22,735 nucleotides of DNA from Candidatus Eiseniibacteriota bacterium (lineage in GTDB: Bacteria > Arandabacterota > Arandabacteria > Arandabacterales > Arandabacteraceae). The DNA lies in NCBI GenBank assembly GCA_043810925.1, contig JBDRNT010000165.1, positions 1-22,735 of the forward strand, read 5' to 3'. Within the stretch, counting starts at the first letter, position 1, and each line of letters starts with the position of its first letter. Made by a program: the position numbers and the translations under genes. Below, in pieces: positions 1 through 8,851 of the stretch. The notes under the pieces were generated by a model. The model had not been told where the DNA came from. It searched no databases and worked only from the letters and a program-made list of their open reading frames with translations.

Positions 1-1094
1 ACCCATTCAGTATCGAGCGGTTGATGGAATGCATCAACAAGAGCCGCAAGCGCGTCTGGAAGAAGCGGGGCAAGGAGTTGCTGAAAGATGCCTTGATCGA
101 CATCGATGGCACCTTGGCCGGGACCCACGGCGAGTGCAAGAAAGGCATGGACATCTCCTACAAAGGAGTCTGGGGCTACCACCCCCTGATCCTCAGCCTG
201 GCGAACACCAAGGAAGTGCTCTACATGGTCAATCGTCCGGGCAACGTGCCGAGCCACACCGGAGCAGCCCAATGGATCGACAAGTCGATTGATCTGGTGT
301 GGTCTCACGCCCGGACCATCACCCTGCGCGGGGATACTGACTTCTCTCTGAGTGTGAACTTTGACCGTTGGGCTGAGATTGTTGATTTCGTTTTCGGTAT
401 GGATGCAAACTCGGCACTGATCAAACGCGCCGAAGCCCTGGATGAGGCCGATTACAAGCCGTTGAAACGCAAGGCGAAGTATACGGTCAAGACGCAGGAA
501 CGTGAGCGTCCGGAGAACGTCAAGGCGAAGATTATCGTTCAGAGGCAGTTCGAGACACTCCGCCTTGAGAGTGAGCATGTGGCCGAGTTCCAATATCGGC
601 CGGGAAAATGCAAGTGCGACTACCGTGTCGTTGTGCTGCGCAAGAACATCAGCCACGAGAAAGGCGAGATGGCGCTCTTCGATGAGATCCGCTACTTCTT
701 TTACATCACCACCCGTGAGGATCTTACCGCCGCCGGAGTCGTTGAGTTGGCCAACGGGCGTTGTGATCAGGAGACCGTGATCGAGCAGTTGAAGAACGGC
801 GTTAATGCCATGCGCATGCCGGTCGACAATCTCGTCAGCAACTGGGCTTACATGGTGATGGCGGCACTGGCGTGGAACCTGAAAGCCTGGTTCGCGATGA
901 TGGTTCGTTTCAAAGACCGGCGCACGGAGTTGTTGCGAATGGAGTTTCGACGTTTCCAGCACGCGATGATCCTGTTGCCGGTGCAGATCGTGCGAGGAGG
1001 ACGCAAGGTCATTTATCGCTTGCTCGGCTACAATGCCTGGCTGAAGGACTTTTTATCGGCTTGGGAATTCATCAGGCGAACAACGTTCGCCTGA
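1..1094 (+). CDS. IS1380-family DDE transposase, 5'-truncated by the window edge
   Basis: The frame is open from position 3 (PFSIERLMECIN...). Motifs IDIDGT, YKGVWGYHPL, NRPGN, LRGDTDF and RCDQETVIEQLKNG...NWAYM..AALAWNL match the IS1380 DDE pattern. Confidence 0.92.
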   Translation, partial: PFSIERLMECINKSRKRVWKKRGKELLKDALIDIDGTLAGTHGECKKGMDISYKGVWGYHPLILSLANTKEVLYMVNRPGNVPSHTGAAQWIDKSIDLVWSHARTITLRGDTDFSLSVNFDRWAEIVDFVFGMDANSALIKRAEALDEADYKPLKRKAKYTVKTQERERPENVKAKIIVQRQFETLRLESEHVAEFQYRPGKCKCDYRVVVLRKNISHEKGEMALFDEIRYFFYITTREDLTAAGVVELANGRCDQETVIEQLKNGVNAMRMPVDNLVSNWAYMVMAALAWNLKAWFAMMVRFKDRRTELLRMEFRRFQHAMILLPVQIVRGGRKVIYRLLGYNAWLKDFLSAWEFIRRTTFA

Positions 1095-1330
1095 TGGGCT
1101 GAAGCCCGAGCCGGAAAAAAGATGGAAAACCCAACGAAGACAGGAGATGTCTGTGCAAAATCGGGCGCTTTTCACTGAGCGTCGGCTGCGTCAGGGCACA
1201 ATGCAGTCGCTGGCGGCGGCTGGACACAGAAAACGGGCGCCCTCGCCCCCGTGCATGCTGCTTCAAGCCTCGCCCGGTGCCTCACGGCCTCCGGAAGTCA
1301 ACTATCATTACCGGGTTCGCTTATTTCAGG
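1..1330 (+). mobile_element. IS1380-family insertion sequence, 3' part; left end lies outside the window
   Basis: Contains an IS1380-type transposase, then ~236 bp of non-coding tail ending ...GGTTCGCTTATTTCAGG at 1330. The reverse complement (CCTGAAATAAGCGAACC) starts with CCT like IS1380-family ends. The right boundary is inferred; the left IR is not visible. Confidence 0.75.
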
Positions 1331-1384
1331 ACTAGAACTCCCGCGGACTCTGGTCGACGTGGCTTCCGGTACCTCGCGCAGCCG

Positions 1385-1413
1385 TTGCCAAAGCGCGGGA
1401 ATTGTGGTAAACT
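1385..1413 (+). promoter_or_regulatory. Sigma70-type promoter with extended -10, upstream of the aminopeptidase gene
   Basis: TTGCCA (1385-1390), 17-bp spacer ending TGTGG, then TAAACT (1408-1413). Confidence 0.6.
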
Positions 1414-1474
1414 GTAATGGGCGCGTACGTGAAGGTTTGTCCCGGTCTATGGGTTTTTCGGAAAGGGGTGGAGT

Positions 1475-4213
1475 ATGTGTCGGTTCATTAGAACGAACAA
1501 CTGTGGCCTCTCCTCGTGGCGGCTCGTGGCGGTATTTGTGGTCGGCGTTTGTTGTGTTGGGTTCGCCAGCCCGCTTCTTGCGCAGTCCAAGGGGCCGGGA
1601 GATATCTCCCACGAACTGGCTGCAGCCAAAGCGGCGTTCTTTGAGCGAGTAACCCAGCTTGAGAGTGAGCCAACCACGAACCAGGACTTCTATGATGCCA
1701 AGTACTACTGGCTCAACCTCGACATGGACCCGACGACCAGTACGGTCTCCGGTACGGTCACGATGACGGCGGAGGTGGTCACAGGCCCTCTGGGTCTGGT
1801 CGATATCGATCTCTATTCCGATTTGACTGTGGATAGCGTCATTATGACGGGCGGAGGGTCGCTTGCCTACACGCACATTAACGACATCCTTTCGGTCACC
1901 TTGGACCGATCCTACGCTGCCAGCGAGATCTTCTCGATAGAAGTCACATACCACGGTACGCCATCGCTTTCTGCCGGGGCCTTCGAGTTTGACACCTATG
2001 GTGGTGAGCCGATGATCTGGAGTCTGAGTGAGCCGTTCGGGGCCCGCACATGGTGGCCGTGTAAGGACTACTCTCATGACAAGGCCGACTCGGTGGACAT
2101 ATGGATCACGGTCCCTGAAGCCCTGAGCGTTGCATCAAACGGACTTTTACTGGGCACGGTGGATAACGGCGCGACCATGACCTACAAGTGGCATGAGAAG
2201 TACCCGATTGCCACCTATCTTGTTTCGGTGGCTGCCCATCCATATACGGTCTTTTCGGATTATTACCATTACTCGCCCACGGACTCGATGGAGCTCCGCT
2301 ACTACGTTTTCCCGGATCACTACAGTGCGGTGCAGGAAAACTATGGTAAGGTTCCTGCGATGATCACAGTCTTTGCCGGTCTCTATGGTGAGTACCCGTT
2401 TCTTGATGAGAAGTACGGGCACGCGGAATTCACCTGGGGTGGTGGGATGGAGCACCAGACGATCACGAGCCTGGGTGGCTACGGTGAATACCTGATCTGC
2501 CACGAGCTGGCTCACATGTGGTGGGGTGATATGATTACATGCGCAGACTTCCATCACATCTGGCTCAATGAGGGATTCGCGGTTTACAGTGAAGCCCTCT
2601 GGGCGGAGCACGCTTACGGCTGGGCCGTGTACAAGCAGCAGATGGAGTATGCCAAGTACCTGGGCGCCGGAACGATCTATGTGCCCGATCTTTCCGACTG
2701 GAATAGGATTTTCGACGGCGATCTCACCTATAACAAGGCCTCGTGGATACCCCACATGATTAGGGGCATAGTCGGGGACTCTCTTTTCTATGACATCATC
2801 GAGGCGTACTACGGCAGTCAGTACCAGTACAGATCGTGTACCACCGAGCAGTTCCGGGATATCTGCGAAACGGTCACCGGCCGTGACTTCGACCAGTTCT
2901 TCCACCAGTGGGTTTATGAGGAAGGCTTCCCATTCTATCACTACACCTGGAGTTATGAGGCGATTCCAAGTAGTTACGAAATCTCACTCACTATCGAGCA
3001 GCTTCAGGAGAACGAGATCTTCCATATGCCGATCCAGGTGACCGTGACGACGGCGGCCGGCGAGACCACCCTTGTCGTAGAGGACAGTCTCGCAATGCAG
3101 GAGTTCTCGCTTATTGTGGAGGATGAGCCGCTTGCAATCGAGCTCGACAAAGAAGAGTGGATTCTGCGTATGATCTCTGAGGAGATCACCGGCACATGTT
3201 TTGACCGCGGCATCCTCGTTGTAAACGGGGTTCACTGGGGCACCTATGGCACCGAGATCACGTCGGCCTACGAAGACAGCATCTTCTGGGGCTCGCATGA
3301 CATAAGCTTCTGGGACTTATTCGCTGAACCGGCTGGCGGTTATCCCTCGACCCTTCCCGCACCGCTCAACCATGGCGGCATACCGGAAGATACGCTCAAG
3401 CAATTCTCCTCGGTTGTGTGGATTGGAAACAACTATTCGGGGGATCTGCCGCATTGGTACAATGCATCCATCCTGAGCTATCTCAGGGCCGGTGGGAACC
3501 TGCTTCTGATGACGCGAATGGGGCAGGACTTTGTATATGAGGCCTTGAGATCCTATCTCGATATCCAGTGGGCGGAAGCGAGGGAGAACACGACACAGAA
3601 GGCGACCAGCGTCTATACCGGTCTTGCGGATATGGCGAGGTCCGGCGGGACGCAGTCCTACAACGCGGTTTTCGACACATCGCTGGTCGGTGACGACAGC
3701 GAGGTCCTCTTTGTCCAGCTCAACCTCTTCGATCCCCCCCGCGGTCTTGGTGTATGGGCGAATCCTCCTGAAGGTGGAACGATTCGCCGTAGCGGCGGCC
3801 AGTTCGTGTTCATCTCGGGTCGTCCCTACCGGTATGACCATGATGCCTTGCGGAGCAATACGGAGTACATTCTCACCAACTTCTTCGGTGAGCCCTACGA
3901 TCCGGCAGGTATCCCTGATAACGGGGTCTCGGCAGGTCGTATCCACCTGGCCCAGAACTCTCCCAACCCATTTAACCCAACGACCAGGATAGCATTCAGC
4001 CTGCCGTATGGTGCCGAGGTCCGGATGGCGGTTTACGACGTTCAGGGCCGCGAGGTTGTGCGGCTGGTGGATAAGGATCTCGATCCGGGCAAGCACACAG
4101 TGACCTGGAGCGGGAGGGATGCTGCGGGCCGGAAGGTAGCATCGGGTGTTTACTGGTACCTGCTTCAGGCTGACAACCAGGTCAGCAGACGCAAGATGGT
4201 CTTACTGAAATAG
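1475..4213 (+). CDS. Secreted M1-family zinc aminopeptidase with an additional alpha/beta domain and a C-terminal FlgD-Ig/T9SS-A-like domain
   Basis: Hydrophobic N-terminal signal region; ARTWWPC, GGMEH (GAMEN-like), HELAH-x18-E (WLNEGFA) and YNKAS. The C-terminus QNSPNPFNPTTRIAFSL...VYDVQGREV...WSGRD..G..VASGVYWY is a typical sorting-type Ig domain. Confidence 0.93.
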   Translation: MCRFIRTNNCGLSSWRLVAVFVVGVCCVGFASPLLAQSKGPGDISHELAAAKAAFFERVTQLESEPTTNQDFYDAKYYWLNLDMDPTTSTVSGTVTMTAEVVTGPLGLVDIDLYSDLTVDSVIMTGGGSLAYTHINDILSVTLDRSYAASEIFSIEVTYHGTPSLSAGAFEFDTYGGEPMIWSLSEPFGARTWWPCKDYSHDKADSVDIWITVPEALSVASNGLLLGTVDNGATMTYKWHEKYPIATYLVSVAAHPYTVFSDYYHYSPTDSMELRYYVFPDHYSAVQENYGKVPAMITVFAGLYGEYPFLDEKYGHAEFTWGGGMEHQTITSLGGYGEYLICHELAHMWWGDMITCADFHHIWLNEGFAVYSEALWAEHAYGWAVYKQQMEYAKYLGAGTIYVPDLSDWNRIFDGDLTYNKASWIPHMIRGIVGDSLFYDIIEAYYGSQYQYRSCTTEQFRDICETVTGRDFDQFFHQWVYEEGFPFYHYTWSYEAIPSSYEISLTIEQLQENEIFHMPIQVTVTTAAGETTLVVEDSLAMQEFSLIVEDEPLAIELDKEEWILRMISEEITGTCFDRGILVVNGVHWGTYGTEITSAYEDSIFWGSHDISFWDLFAEPAGGYPSTLPAPLNHGGIPEDTLKQFSSVVWIGNNYSGDLPHWYNASILSYLRAGGNLLLMTRMGQDFVYEALRSYLDIQWAEARENTTQKATSVYTGLADMARSGGTQSYNAVFDTSLVGDDSEVLFVQLNLFDPPRGLGVWANPPEGGTIRRSGGQFVFISGRPYRYDHDALRSNTEYILTNFFGEPYDPAGIPDNGVSAGRIHLAQNSPNPFNPTTRIAFSLPYGAEVRMAVYDVQGREVVRLVDKDLDPGKHTVTWSGRDAAGRKVASGVYWYLLQADNQVSRRKMVLLK

Positions 4214-4245
4214 ACCTGGGAGTAGATTGCCGATTACCTGGTGTT

Positions 4246-4270
4246 CGGGGGTGTGCGCTGCACACCCCCG
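4246..4270. terminator. Stem-loop between convergent genes, probable terminator
   Basis: Perfect 11-bp stem CGGGGGTGTGC-gct-GCACACCCCCG between the stops at 4213 (+) and 4316 (-). U-tract is weak. Confidence 0.65.
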
Positions 4271-4315
4271 TTCCCGTAAAAGGTAGCCACCGCCCGTGAC
4301 CGGAGGCCGGCCGGG

Positions 4316-5542
4316 CTACTCTACTATCACGCCTCCGGTTCCGGTTACGCAATAATCCACGCCCGCAACCGGGGGGTCGTTCGTCCAGGTGTTGAACTTA
4401 GCGAAAATGGGATGATCGAGCTCGATCGAGAGCCCGCACTGCGTATTGTCCCTGATGATGTTGCCGCCCGCCGAGCCGCGCGCGCCCCCGCCAAAGTCGG
4501 GATTCAAACTGTTGGGAGCTGCCTCGTGCCTCACCAGGACTCCCTCTTCATTGCCCTCGATAAGACAGTTCTCCACGAGAACATCGCAGGTTTCGATAAT
4601 CTGAAGCCCGATGTTAAAGCCGGTAAATGTGCAGTTCCGGATAGCGGCACCGTCACTGCCGTCAAGAAGGGTTATCCCGTTGTCCAGTGTCTGACCGTCG
4701 TCAATGACGAAGTAACAGTTCTCGATTACGAGGTCTGTTCCTCCCGCGTTCTCACCGCGGACGATCTCGTACCTGGCACGTTCAATTACCCTGAGACTAT
4801 CCAGACGCACGCCCGGTCCCCAGACATATACGGTTATCTGGGTCTCGTCGGCGGGCAGGCCCTGCTCAAGGGTGAACTTACGGATAGCGCTACCCTGCGC
4901 AGCGGCATTGACGACCGATTGATATCCAAGACCGTGTCCACGGATTATGCATTGCTCCCAGTCCATCCCGGTGATGGTGACACCCTCGGTTCTGCATTCA
5001 ATAGGGAAGTCTTCACCGTTGGCCTCGTCGTACACTCCGGGTTGGGCGACAATGGTCCCGCCCGAGTCGACTACCGAAATTGCATGTGTCAGCGTCTTAA
5101 ACGGGAGACTGATACAGCCGTTATTGGCGTCAGTCCCATTGACGGCATCGACGAAGAGCTTATCGAAGGTCACCGTGACCATGCATGAATCGTAGATGGT
5201 TGTGTCTTCAACCGAAACGGCTTTGACCATAACTGTAGCAGGGTCCGGGAGCCAGTTGGGCGCGGTGTATGTCACCGGGCTATTCTCGGAGATCTCACCC
5301 ACAACCTCATTGCCGTCTGTGATGCCATTCACATACCAGGTCAGGTTCTTGTTATCACCGTTTACGGTGGGAGTGATCTCCCTGGAGTGCCCGACCTCGA
5401 TTTCCATCTGATCCGGATTGAGTGACACACCGGTCACCGGCTTGGGGTTCGTGCCGGTGCCCCCGCTGTCGCTCCCGCAACCTGAAAGGACTATCGCGCC
5501 CGCGAGCGCGGCCATCGCCGTTACCACGACCATTGCTCTCAT
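4316..5542 (-). CDS. Lipoprotein with an Ig-like domain and a right-handed beta-helix (DUF1565/pectin-lyase-like) domain, paralog 2
   Basis: Start moved to the ATG at 5542, which follows GAGAGGAG. Lipobox VLSG-C; VTGVSLNP..WYVNG Ig segment; PFKTLTHA...AQPGVYD...FPI; repeated IENC/IRNC beta-helix turns; PDFGGG..GS.GGN. Confidence 0.82.
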   Translation of the reverse strand: MRAMVVVTAMAALAGAIVLSGCGSDSGGTGTNPKPVTGVSLNPDQMEIEVGHSREITPTVNGDNKNLTWYVNGITDGNEVVGEISENSPVTYTAPNWLPDPATVMVKAVSVEDTTIYDSCMVTVTFDKLFVDAVNGTDANNGCISLPFKTLTHAISVVDSGGTIVAQPGVYDEANGEDFPIECRTEGVTITGMDWEQCIIRGHGLGYQSVVNAAAQGSAIRKFTLEQGLPADETQITVYVWGPGVRLDSLRVIERARYEIVRGENAGGTDLVIENCYFVIDDGQTLDNGITLLDGSDGAAIRNCTFTGFNIGLQIIETCDVLVENCLIEGNEEGVLVRHEAAPNSLNPDFGGGARGSAGGNIIRDNTQCGLSIELDHPIFAKFNTWTNDPPVAGVDYCVTGTGGVIVE

Positions 5543-5581
5543 GACTGACTCCTCTCTCACCGTGTTCATCTATGGGCCGGT

Positions 5582-6823
5582 CTATTCCACTATCACTCCG
5601 CCCGTGCTTGTGTTGGTGTAGTCTTCGCCGGCGACAGGCGGGTCGTTGGCCCAGGTGTTGAATTTGGCGAAAATCACGTTGTAGGTTTCATTCTGTAAGC
5701 CGCACTCCACGTTGTACCTTATCGTGTTGCCGCCTGTGCTGCCGCGTGCACCGCCGCCCAGGTCGGGCATGGGGTTGCTGCTCGAGCTCCCGTAACAACA
5801 CAGGTTAACTCCGTAATCGTTCCCCTCTATGGTGCAATTCTCGATAAGCGCGCTGGCATCCTGACTGATGAGGAAACCCTCCCGAAATCCGGAGACCGTG
5901 CAGCCCCTGATTATCGTTCCCACGTTGCCATCGATTATCTCAAATCCCCTGTTTTGCCCGATGCCGGATTGGGGCGGCGCAAGGTATGGTACCTCGAAAA
6001 CACAGTTCTCGACGATGGCATTGGTCGCGCGTCTTATCCGGATGGGTGCGTAGTATGAGCGATGGGACGTCCGTATGCTGTCCGCGCGGACATTGTCACC
6101 ACGCACGTAGATATAATGCTCCCACCTCTCCTCACCGAGATCGACATCTGATTCGAAAGTGAATTTCCTGATCGCGGATGCCGGGGTGTCCAGGCCTACG
6201 GCATAATCCCACTTCGTGCTTCCACGGATTACGCAGTTCACCCAGTCCTTGCCCACCACCGCCACACCGGCCTTGGGGTAGATCGGGAAGGTCTCGTCAT
6301 TGCCCGTGTCGTAGACGCCCGGCGCAACCAGTACGGTCCCACCCGAGCTCGCAAGCTCGTTGCCCCGGTGTATGGTCTTCACCGGGTCGTGGACATACCC
6401 GGTTCCCGTTGTGTCGTTCCCGGTTTGGATATCCACATGAATTATCTTGAAAGTGACTGTGACCAGGCACGAGTCGTACTTGGTTGTGTCCGCAACCGAC
6501 ACGGCCTTGACCTCGACCGGCAGGGGGCCGGGCCAGGTGTCCGGAGCCGCATACGTGACGGGGCTGTTCTGGCTGATGGTTCCGAATACGTCATTGCCGT
6601 CTTCGATGCCGTTGACGTACCACGCGAGGGTCTTGTTATCCCCGCCGGTCACGGTAGGAGTGATCTCCGCCGTGTACCCGGCCTCAACATCCATCGCGTG
6701 GGTGTCCAGCGATACCGACTGCACCGGATTCGGGCCCGAACCCGAGCCGCCGCTGTCACTCGAGCAGCCCTGGCAAAGAGCCAGGACAGCACATACGCAG
6801 GGAATTAGTAGAACCTTGTACAT
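5582..6823 (-). CDS. Lipoprotein with an Ig-like domain and a right-handed beta-helix (DUF1565/pectin-lyase-like) domain, paralog 1
   Basis: RBS AGGAGG before the ATG; lipobox LCQG-C. Same architecture as the neighbouring gene, with shared ISQNSPVTYAAP, YDSCLVTVTF, IFAKFNTW.NDPPVAG and GGVIVE. Confidence 0.85.
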   Translation of the reverse strand: MYKVLLIPCVCAVLALCQGCSSDSGGSGSGPNPVQSVSLDTHAMDVEAGYTAEITPTVTGGDNKTLAWYVNGIEDGNDVFGTISQNSPVTYAAPDTWPGPLPVEVKAVSVADTTKYDSCLVTVTFKIIHVDIQTGNDTTGTGYVHDPVKTIHRGNELASSGGTVLVAPGVYDTGNDETFPIYPKAGVAVVGKDWVNCVIRGSTKWDYAVGLDTPASAIRKFTFESDVDLGEERWEHYIYVRGDNVRADSIRTSHRSYYAPIRIRRATNAIVENCVFEVPYLAPPQSGIGQNRGFEIIDGNVGTIIRGCTVSGFREGFLISQDASALIENCTIEGNDYGVNLCCYGSSSSNPMPDLGGGARGSTGGNTIRYNVECGLQNETYNVIFAKFNTWANDPPVAGEDYTNTSTGGVIVE

Positions 6824-6928
6824 GACAACCTCCTGTCTGATTCGCAGGCAGCCCCCTCATTACCACTTCGTGTATCTCTTGAGAAATACCACGCGGTAAT
6901 GCACACGTCAAGAGACAGCTAAGATGGA

Positions 6929-8836
6929 CTAGAGAATCTTGAGGGTGAGCAACGTGATGTCGTCTTCGAGGTGTTCGCTGCCGGTGAAGCCCTGCGTCAC
7001 CCTGACAATTTCCTGATTGAACGCCTCCGGTGCCAGGCCGTGGTTCACCTTGAGGAACTCAACAATTCTATCCTTGCCGAACTGCTCTCCGGTCTTTTCG
7101 ATGGCCGCTTCCCAGAGACCGTCTGTATAAAGGAAGAGCGTATCCCCGCTCCTGAGCTCGATCTGTGAACCTTCCCAGGCGAAGGAAGGGATGACGCCCA
7201 GCGGCGGGCCGCCCCTTGAGAGCTCGACTATCGACCCGTCCGTCCGGCGTACAAGCGGGGGCAGGTGCCCGGCATTGCAGCACGAGAACTTCTTGCTCTT
7301 GAGATCAAGAATCCCGTAGCAGAAGGTCACGAACCGTCCCTCGGTGAAAATGTCCGATGCGATCGTGTTGAGTTTGACTACCAGCTCGGCAGGCGAATGG
7401 TGCTCCGGCGCAAGCCTCCGGACACTGGACTGGAGATTGGACATGAGGAGTGCTCCCGATATACCCTTACCTGATACGTCTCCGATCAGGAGTGCCAGTT
7501 TCTCCTCCCCCAAGGCCAGCACGTCGTAGTAATCCCCGCCGATTGCCTTACACGGTATCTGAAAACCGGCAATCTCGACTCCCGGCACACTGGGCATTTC
7601 CTCAGGCTGGAGATTCTGCTGGATCTGGTGGGCGGTCCTGAGGTCGGAGGATATCTCCATAAGCTCCTCTTCCTGCTCGGCGGACTTAAGCCGCGTAGCC
7701 CAGTAACTGAGCAACATTCCCGCAGCTGATGCCACCAGCACCGCAGTGAGGAGTTTTGCGGTCGGCAGTATGGTGAGTCCCGTGGCAATGATGACAATCC
7801 CGCACACAAAAACCCCGGCCAGGATTGCGAGAATGAGCCCCACACTCAGTGCCAGACGGCTACCGGAGGCTACAAACGACCCGATGAGGACGGCCAGCGA
7901 TCCAAGCAGGAGGGAGGGGCCGAAACCCATGGTTGTAATGAGATTCCCGCTGATCAGGGTCTGGGCCGCATAGGCCAGGATGAATACCCCGGGCAACATC
8001 TTGCTTTGACTCCCACCCTGGAGTCCTGCAACGGGCACTGTGTATATGTCGCTCAAGCTGTTTTCGATGACACCGACCAGAGCCACGCGGTCGCGTACAA
8101 GATCTCTCCAGCTCTCTGCCTCGAGCAAGTCTGCGTACGTGATGACCTCAAAGCCTTCTGCCGGTGAGGAATAGTCGATGTAAAACGGCTCCCGCGATCT
8201 CCGGCCCGGAACATCCGTTCCCATGGAAGCCGCTGCAATAGCGGCCGGCATGGAGGGGAGCCACCTGCCCTGAAATTCCCTGCCATAGTAGGCTCGTCTG
8301 ACGGTCTGATCGGGATCAAGCGGCATGTTCACGATACCTACGCCGTAGAGCGACGACGGTATGCTTTCGAATGGAAGTGCTAGCCGCTCTTCCCGGATGG
8401 TCGCACTAGTCTGCTTGACTGAGAGAGACCGTTTCTCAATCACTGCAGCCAGCATCACGGCATCGGCTGAGTCTATGGCGGAGACAAAGGGGCTTACATC
8501 GAGCTCGGGACTAAGCTGGTCAAAGAGGATGTCGAAAGCTATGAGTTTTGCCCCCGCGTCCGCGAGCCGGCCGACTGCCTGTCCGTGCTCGGATATATGA
8601 GCAGATATCGGGAACTCGGGTGGTGGAAAGATATGGTCCCTTGAGTACTTGTCAATGGCGATAACCACTATGTCCGCCTCCGGCCCGGTTGCGGATCTCG
8701 CATTGAGCCCGAGATCATATACAGCGCGGTCAAGCGAGGCAAACCAGTCGTACTGAAGAGCGAGAATGACAAAGAGGATTCCAACAGCCATGACTGTTGC
8801 TGTACGCACTACTCTGTTTATGATCAGATTACGCAT
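6929..8836 (-). CDS. Membrane CHASE2-domain sensor fused to a PP2C/SpoIIE (RsbU-type) Ser/Thr phosphatase
   Basis: N-terminal TM, then CHASE2 motifs DIVVIAID, GAKLIAFDILFD, D.DQTVRR and PGVFILA, then three TM helices. PP2C motifs: AHQIQQNL.P, IGGDYYD, IGDVSGKG, NAGH.PP, LYTDGLWE, DDITLL. Confidence 0.93.
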   Translation of the reverse strand: MRNLIINRVVRTATVMAVGILFVILALQYDWFASLDRAVYDLGLNARSATGPEADIVVIAIDKYSRDHIFPPPEFPISAHISEHGQAVGRLADAGAKLIAFDILFDQLSPELDVSPFVSAIDSADAVMLAAVIEKRSLSVKQTSATIREERLALPFESIPSSLYGVGIVNMPLDPDQTVRRAYYGREFQGRWLPSMPAAIAAASMGTDVPGRRSREPFYIDYSSPAEGFEVITYADLLEAESWRDLVRDRVALVGVIENSLSDIYTVPVAGLQGGSQSKMLPGVFILAYAAQTLISGNLITTMGFGPSLLLGSLAVLIGSFVASGSRLALSVGLILAILAGVFVCGIVIIATGLTILPTAKLLTAVLVASAAGMLLSYWATRLKSAEQEEELMEISSDLRTAHQIQQNLQPEEMPSVPGVEIAGFQIPCKAIGGDYYDVLALGEEKLALLIGDVSGKGISGALLMSNLQSSVRRLAPEHHSPAELVVKLNTIASDIFTEGRFVTFCYGILDLKSKKFSCCNAGHLPPLVRRTDGSIVELSRGGPPLGVIPSFAWEGSQIELRSGDTLFLYTDGLWEAAIEKTGEQFGKDRIVEFLKVNHGLAPEAFNQEIVRVTQGFTGSEHLEDDITLLTLKIL

Positions 8837-8851
8837 ATGGTCTGTACAAGC

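Noticed and set aside
1298-4096. Long minus-strand ORFs (1298..2077, 2147..2941, 3317..4096)
   Set aside because: Antisense shadows of the aminopeptidase gene, expected with GC-rich codon usage, with no motifs.
4412-5188. 258-aa plus-strand ORF
   Set aside because: Antisense to a well-supported lipoprotein gene.
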